Part shown: piece by piece, positions 58,786-64,000 of the stretch
How the letters are laid out: each line of letters starts with the position of its first letter
Position numbering within the stretch: the stretch's first letter is position 1
Assembly: GCF_004962925.1 (NCBI RefSeq)
Contig: NZ_SUEO01000001.1
Coordinates: forward strand, 109,164-173,163
Direction: 5' to 3'
DNA length: 64,000 nucleotides
Source: Mesorhizobium sp.
GTDB lineage: Bacteria > Pseudomonadota > Alphaproteobacteria > Rhizobiales > Rhizobiaceae
Notes under the pieces: model-generated
What the model was told of the DNA's origin: nothing
Databases searched by the model: none
What the model saw: the letters and a program-made list of their open reading frames with translations, nothing else
Program-made: the position numbers and the translations under genes

Positions 58786-60657
58786 ATGCAATATAGGCGC
58801 GATATCGAGGGCCTTAGGGCTGTTGCTGTACTTCCGGTCGTACTCTTTCATTTCGGAATTTCGGCGATCCCGGGTGGCTTTGGCGGGGTCGATATCTTCT
58901 TCGTCATCTCCGGCTACCTAATCAGCGGAAGCCTCTTGGATGACCTTGAACGCGGCCAATTTTCGATCGTCAACTTCTACTGGCGCCGTGCCCGGCGCAT
59001 TCTGCCGGCTCTCGTCTTTGTGATGCTTCTCACCTGCATTGCGGCATTGTTCATTCTTCTGCCATCGGATCTGCGCGAATTCAGTCTTAGCATCATAGCT
59101 GCCTCGACTTTCTGGTCGAACGTTTTTTTCTGGAAAACGTCAAGTTACTTCTCGATCGATGCCGCGCTTCGACCACTGTTGCACACCTGGTCGCTTTCCG
59201 TAGAGGAGCAGTACTACATCTTCGCCCCAATCCTGATGTTCCTAATCTATCGCTACATCGGGAAGCGCTGGCTGACGACACTTCTTCCGATAATTCTCTG
59301 CAGCTTCGTAGTGGCGGTGATGGCGACATCGCTGGCGCCCACCGCCGGATTCTATCTGCTGCCGACCCGAATCTGGGAACTCATGTTGGGCGCCCTGCTC
59401 ATGCTCAAACGCCCCCCGCCGTTGGGCAACCGATTCCTGATGGAGTCGGTGGGGTTGGCCGGATTTGGCCTTCTCGCCATCGGGTTCTTCGCGATTTCGG
59501 AGAGTGATCCGTTCCCAGGCTACAACGCCTTGTATCCATGCATGGGAACGGCCCTTCTGATCTATGTTGGCCAAAATTCCCCCTCGACGGTCGCCAGCCG
59601 CATGCTCGAAGTCCGGCCGCTGGTCTGGATTGGGCTCATCTCGTATTCGTTGTATCTTGTTCACTGGCCGCTCAATGCGTTCGCGCATTATCTTTCGTTC
59701 CAAAAACTCGATCCGTTGATGACCGGTGCGATGTTGGTGGCAAGCCTCGCATTGGCTGCATTCTCCTGGAAGTTTGTAGAGCAGCCGTTTCGACAGAAGA
59801 GGACCTTCACCGCCCCGGGGCCTATCTTCGCCTTTTCAGCGCTCGCGATCGTTGTTCTTTGTGCCGGCGGAGCGGCGGGGGCGCTCGGCAACGGCTTTCC
59901 GCAACGGTTTCCGGACTATGTCCAGCGGCGCATTTCCGTCGGGGACTGGAGGAATGGCATCTGTTTCAACGAGGGCACCAGCCGGATCGAAAGCTGGAAT
60001 ATGGAGGATTGCACGCGCACTCGCGGTTTTCCAACAACGGTTTTTTTGTGGGGCGACTCCTTCGCCGCGCACTATGTTTCCGGCCTGGGTGCTAACATAA
60101 ATCGGTTGCAGGCGAACATCGTGGAATATACGTACGCCGGCTGCCCGCCGATACTCTCTTACTACTCTTACGCTCGTCTTGATTGTGTCCGGTTCAATCG
60201 CAAGGCCTTGGACATCATCTTGGAAGCGGACATCAAGACGGTTATCCTCAGCGGTAAATGGAGTGACTATGAGGTCAGAGGCTTCGACGGTCTTCAGCAA
60301 ACAATCGATACGCTTCGTGCCCTGGGCGTGCGCGTGTTTGTCATCGGCCAGTCTCCGCAGTTCCCAACTGACGTCCGGAAAATTGCGTTCTTCGCCAAGC
60401 GCCAAAATCTGGACGATACGTCCTGGCCGATGGCGATGGACCCCGGCATCAACGAACGTGTGCGCTCATTTACCAAAGGCGCCACATTCATCGATCCGCT
60501 GAAATTCCTGTGCAGCGCAGGACGCTGCCCCTATTCCGACAGAGGAGAGTTTGTGTATTTCGACTATGGTCATTTCTCTTCAGCCGGCGCCACACTGGCA
60601 ATCTTGAAATACTGGCCGGCTTTTGGCAAAGACAATGCTCTTCCTAAGACGAAGTAG
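58786..60657 (+). CDS. Acyltransferase-3 (OafA/YrhL-type) membrane protein with a C-terminal SGNH-like domain
   Basis: YRRDIEGLRAVAVLPVVLFHF...GGVDIFFVISGYLI...HTWSLSVEEQYY signature, about 10 TM segments, and a ~250-aa soluble C-terminus. Confidence 0.8.
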   Translation: MQYRRDIEGLRAVAVLPVVLFHFGISAIPGGFGGVDIFFVISGYLISGSLLDDLERGQFSIVNFYWRRARRILPALVFVMLLTCIAALFILLPSDLREFSLSIIAASTFWSNVFFWKTSSYFSIDAALRPLLHTWSLSVEEQYYIFAPILMFLIYRYIGKRWLTTLLPIILCSFVVAVMATSLAPTAGFYLLPTRIWELMLGALLMLKRPPPLGNRFLMESVGLAGFGLLAIGFFAISESDPFPGYNALYPCMGTALLIYVGQNSPSTVASRMLEVRPLVWIGLISYSLYLVHWPLNAFAHYLSFQKLDPLMTGAMLVASLALAAFSWKFVEQPFRQKRTFTAPGPIFAFSALAIVVLCAGGAAGALGNGFPQRFPDYVQRRISVGDWRNGICFNEGTSRIESWNMEDCTRTRGFPTTVFLWGDSFAAHYVSGLGANINRLQANIVEYTYAGCPPILSYYSYARLDCVRFNRKALDIILEADIKTVILSGKWSDYEVRGFDGLQQTIDTLRALGVRVFVIGQSPQFPTDVRKIAFFAKRQNLDDTSWPMAMDPGINERVRSFTKGATFIDPLKFLCSAGRCPYSDRGEFVYFDYGHFSSAGATLAILKYWPAFGKDNALPKTK

Positions 60658-61146
60658 CGGGTCAGACGGCTGACAAGCACCAGTGCGGGTCCCTGTGATT
60701 GCTCCTGCTTCGGCAGCAGCCGCGACGATGGAGCTGTTCAGGTTTAAGGCCACCCGATAGCGACCTAGGATGGGTGCTGCCACGCGGATCGGACTAAGCG
60801 TGCATTATCACGTAAATGTTGAGAGAATGAATGGCGCCGCGAAGGGCAATTCCAGCCATCCACAGCGACAGGCGTGTCGCGGTCCCGACATTGCAGTGGC
60901 ACTTACCTGACACGGCCTCACACTGCCCTCTAAACGGCCCCGAATTTGAACTGACCACCCCTGGCCGGTTCATTGGGCAGGTCAAGGGCTAGGCTGTATT
61001 ACACAGGGCTCACCCCTTTCAGTCTCAAGTTGGTACGATGGGCCGTGGACGGTCGATGCAGACTTCAAGGATGGCGAAAGAAGCTCTCTATGCGTGCGTT
61101 GTCGAGGCAAGTGCCTTTGCCAGAGATGCTCGCGGCTGGAGAGATT

Positions 61147-62286
61147 TCAAAATGAGCGTTGGAAGCGGAGAATGCCGCCGACGCTGTTCGGCTTGCTCGT
61201 GCCCTTGACGGTGGTAGGGTCGGCAGGGCCGACGCCAAAGTTGCCGTAGTGGTCGTAATCGACCTCGGCTGTGACCGTGAAGCCAGGAACGACCATATAG
61301 ACGACGTTTGCAGCCAAACCAGAATTCTTGAGCTGATCACTCGAGACCTGAAAGTTGAACGAAGTTTTCTCGTCAAACTCGTAGGTGGCGCCCGCCCAGA
61401 AAGCCCACTGGCCGTTCCAGATTTTGTACGAGCCGCGCACATGATTGGCGATTGCGCCGTTTGAGTCCTCGTTGAGACTGCCATTGGAACCGTAGCCGAA
61501 CAGTCCAAACAGCGACAGCTGGTTTGTGACAGCGACGTCGACACGGATCTTGCCGGCCAAAGCTTCGTAGTTGCTGTCATAAGCCGCGACGCCGGTGATC
61601 GAGCCCCAGCCTTGCGTGTATTTCAAGCCGGCGACAACGTGCGGAATATAGCTGTCGATAGTACCGGCTGAGCCCGATCCTTGTTCGAGCGAAATCACGG
61701 TCGAAATGCCGTTGCCGGCGTCGAAGTAGTACTGAGCCACGTTGGTGTCGAAGCCGGCCGACCGAACGAGCATACTATCGAGAACGTTGCCAGCGTAGCT
61801 TACAAACGTATCGAAGGCCGACCCGTCCTTGCCAACTCGCAGGCCCCCCAGCTCGACCCAGGCAGAAGCCAGTGCGAGGCCGCTGTTGAAATCATAGTTC
61901 TGAGGACTGTCACGCGAGTTAGCGCTATTGCCAAAATTCACGTGGGTTTCGGTATAGGTCGTCAACGCGCCGAGCTCGGTCTGCTGGCCGGTCCAAGTTT
62001 TGAACGTGAAGCGTGTGTTGTTTCGCCAAGTGCCTTGGTCCTCGCCAGTTCTCACATCCGAGGTTCTTGCGCTGTCATACGATCGGACATCACCCAGGCC
62101 GATATCATAACGGACATAGCCGCCGATGCGCAGGCAGGTGTCGGTGTTGGGAATATAGAAATACCCCGAGCCGAGGACGTCGCAGATCTTGATGTACTCG
62201 GCCGGTTCCCGCTCGGCGCCAGCTGCTCGAACGACGGAGGCGGCGATCAGAGCAGTTAAGCCGAGAAGACGATTCTTGATGTACAT
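61147..62286 (-). CDS. Outer-membrane porin (alpha-proteobacterial Porin_2/RopA-Omp2b type)
   Basis: Start MYIKNRLLGLTALIAASVVRAAGA at 62286 behind GGAGA. Contains YIKICDVLGSGYFYIPNTDTCLRIGGYVRYD, alternating beta-strand pattern, and C-terminal ...GGILRFQRSF. Confidence 0.8.
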   Translation of the reverse strand: MYIKNRLLGLTALIAASVVRAAGAEREPAEYIKICDVLGSGYFYIPNTDTCLRIGGYVRYDIGLGDVRSYDSARTSDVRTGEDQGTWRNNTRFTFKTWTGQQTELGALTTYTETHVNFGNSANSRDSPQNYDFNSGLALASAWVELGGLRVGKDGSAFDTFVSYAGNVLDSMLVRSAGFDTNVAQYYFDAGNGISTVISLEQGSGSAGTIDSYIPHVVAGLKYTQGWGSITGVAAYDSNYEALAGKIRVDVAVTNQLSLFGLFGYGSNGSLNEDSNGAIANHVRGSYKIWNGQWAFWAGATYEFDEKTSFNFQVSSDQLKNSGLAANVVYMVVPGFTVTAEVDYDHYGNFGVGPADPTTVKGTSKPNSVGGILRFQRSF

Positions 62287-62905
62287 GTCTAGATCTCCAT
62301 GAAGAAATAAAAAGGATAGAGGCGTAAGAGAAAGCTTTACTCTAAATTTTGTGCGTGTTGTCTCCAATTTGTGGACGTAAAAGCGCTTGACATGGGAGGT
62401 TATCCAGCGTAAAAGCCACATGTACTTAGAATAGTGTTTTCTGCTAGGAGATTCATTATCGTTTATATGTGAAACACTCCGGTCAGACCGCTGCAGCCTC
62501 GGAATAGAGCAGCAAGCGACATGCCAACCTGAAGCGTAGATGCGGCCGACACCAAAATTGGGCCGACGCGCCTTCGTCTCGCTGGAATCACTTTTTTTGA
62601 GGGTCACTGCGAAAAGCAATGTGCGACACGGTTCGCCATGTTCGATATGTGACAGTCTCGTTTAACAGCGACGGCTTCCCGTCTGACCGCAACGGAGGCC
62701 GCTTCATGCGCTACCGAGAAGGATTACTGCGCGCGTGCGGTCCGCAAGGGCTGCGCCAGGAACAGAGGGCGTCCACGTCCGATGTGTCGCATGGTGGCCG
62801 AAGCACCTTTTCGCCGCTGTAAGTTCGCCGTGCAGGTACATTGCGTGGCCGGTAGCGAGAAGGGAGCGCACCCTGAAACGGTTGCCTACGGCTCGCCTCG
62901 AGTAA

Positions 62906-63325
62906 TTGGCGATGAACAGCATTCTCGGGAACTTAGTCTCGACGGAAAGAGCAACGAAAGGAAGCCGCTTGGACGAGCACGATCCGAAGGAAGAACTGAT
63001 CGAGACCATTTTCCGCAACGGCACAATCACTGCCGTGGGTATCCTGCTTGCCTTTTCGCTCGGCTTCCTCACTCATTGGGCGGCGAACCCCTTGCCATGG
63101 CAACTCTACGATCTGTTCGCCGTAGTGCCGATCCTGCTCGGCATCGCACTGCAGATGAGAGCGCTGTCCATGCTGCTCGACATGAGTTCCTTGCGCCGCC
63201 CCATCTACGAACGCGCCAATCGCATTTTCATGGTCGGCCTCATCCAGACCGCGTGTGGCGTCGGGATGGCCATCTTGGTCGATCTTTTCGGGATATCGGT
63301 AGGGGGCACGCTGCCCGGCGCTTGA
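62906..63325 (+). CDS. Small membrane protein, hypothetical
   Basis: 139 aa with 3-4 clear hydrophobic helices. No family recognised. Confidence 0.4.
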   Translation: MAMNSILGNLVSTERATKGSRLDEHDPKEELIETIFRNGTITAVGILLAFSLGFLTHWAANPLPWQLYDLFAVVPILLGIALQMRALSMLLDMSSLRRPIYERANRIFMVGLIQTACGVGMAILVDLFGISVGGTLPGA

Positions 63326-63829
63326 CGACAAGCCACACCGCCGCTCATCGCTCGAAGCGACGTCAAGCCGGGGAGCCTTGTGCACCCCCTAGCGGCGCCT
63401 TCCTTTCATCAAATGAGCGGACGTCAGCTTTAGAGCGTCTCGGTGGCTAAAGCCGGTATGGTTTTTCGGCCGGCAGGGAAGGCCGCTGGCTGGACCTGGA
63501 TGGCGTCTGAACGAGGCTTGACAGGTGCGTTGCGACGTTTGGCGTCGGACATGAATTTCGCATTGCAAAGTTCTTCCGCAGACGCCTCAAGTACACTGCA
63601 CTGGCGTCACGTACTCAAACGTTGAATGCGGCACCGCACCATCACCTCAGGCGGAACCATGGCACGCGCACTCCCCGGCGTGGTTGATACCGTCCTGTCC
63701 AACCGAGACTGCGACATCGCCGCCTCCGCCTTGAAAACGCGGAGAAAGCGGGACGCACTGACTTAGGTCAGAGACAGGACGAGCGCGCAACGAAACAATG
63801 ATGGATCAGCGACGTGGGACGACAGCTCC

Positions 63830-64000
63830 TTGCACACCTCAATCCTGACAAAGTACCGGGACCCCCGGCCGCCTTGGTATACCATCTATCCGACTGTGCC
63901 AGACTTCTCTGCGGCGGTTGGTGCTGACGATTATGAGGAATGGCTGAGGGGCCTCCCGGCCGACGAATCGGTGTCGCTCTATTTCCACATTCCGTTTTGC
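63830..64000 (+). CDS. hemN: Oxygen-independent coproporphyrinogen III oxidase (radical SAM), 5' end only
   Basis: The frame reads KYRDPRPPWYTIYPTVPDFSAAVGADDYEEWLRGLPADESVSLYFHIPFC, matching the HemN pattern ..PRYTSYPTA..F....SLY.HIPFC. It runs off the window. The only in-frame start is TTG 63830. Confidence 0.65.
   Translation, partial: MHTSILTKYRDPRPPWYTIYPTVPDFSAAVGADDYEEWLRGLPADESVSLYFHIPFC

Overview
GC-rich alpha-proteobacterial DNA that reads as a rhizobial symbiosis island or plasmid; the gene content looks Mesorhizobium-like, which is an inference. About 26.3-58.7 kb holds an apparently complete Rhc-type type III secretion system. The operons are y4yS-rhcV-y4yQ-nopA-nopC, nopB-rhcJ-nolU-nolV-rhcN-y4yJ-rhcQRSTU, rhcC1, nopX, nopP and ttsI-rhcC2-y4xK, plus an 838-aa candidate effector with no domain I recognise. 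I located six tts boxes or tts-like boxes by eye, and two nod boxes: one upstream of ttsI, one upstream of a Ros/MucR paralogue that lacks the zinc ligands. The T3SS cluster is split by IS, IS66 and group II intron relics and by a metabolic module that looks foreign: a truncated ArsR/SahR-like regulator, glyA, an enterobacterial-type metK, adenosine kinase and tdh. The left third (0-25 kb) is largely a mobile-element graveyard with dead integrases and IS21, IS256, IS481, IS110 and IS630 relics. It also carries hipBA, an FseA-like DUF6499/DUF2285 gene that needs a +1 frameshift, an orphan FtsH-like HExxH ORF, and a double M16 peptidase followed by gabD. The HExxH ORF and the M16 peptidase each sit behind a candidate NifA-UAS/sigma-54 promoter. 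The same region has a two-component system with a partial segmental duplication. The right end has an OafA-type acyltransferase, a porin and the 5' end of hemN. I saw no rRNA, tRNA or CRISPR. All calls rest on reading the translations and DNA by eye; no database search was possible.
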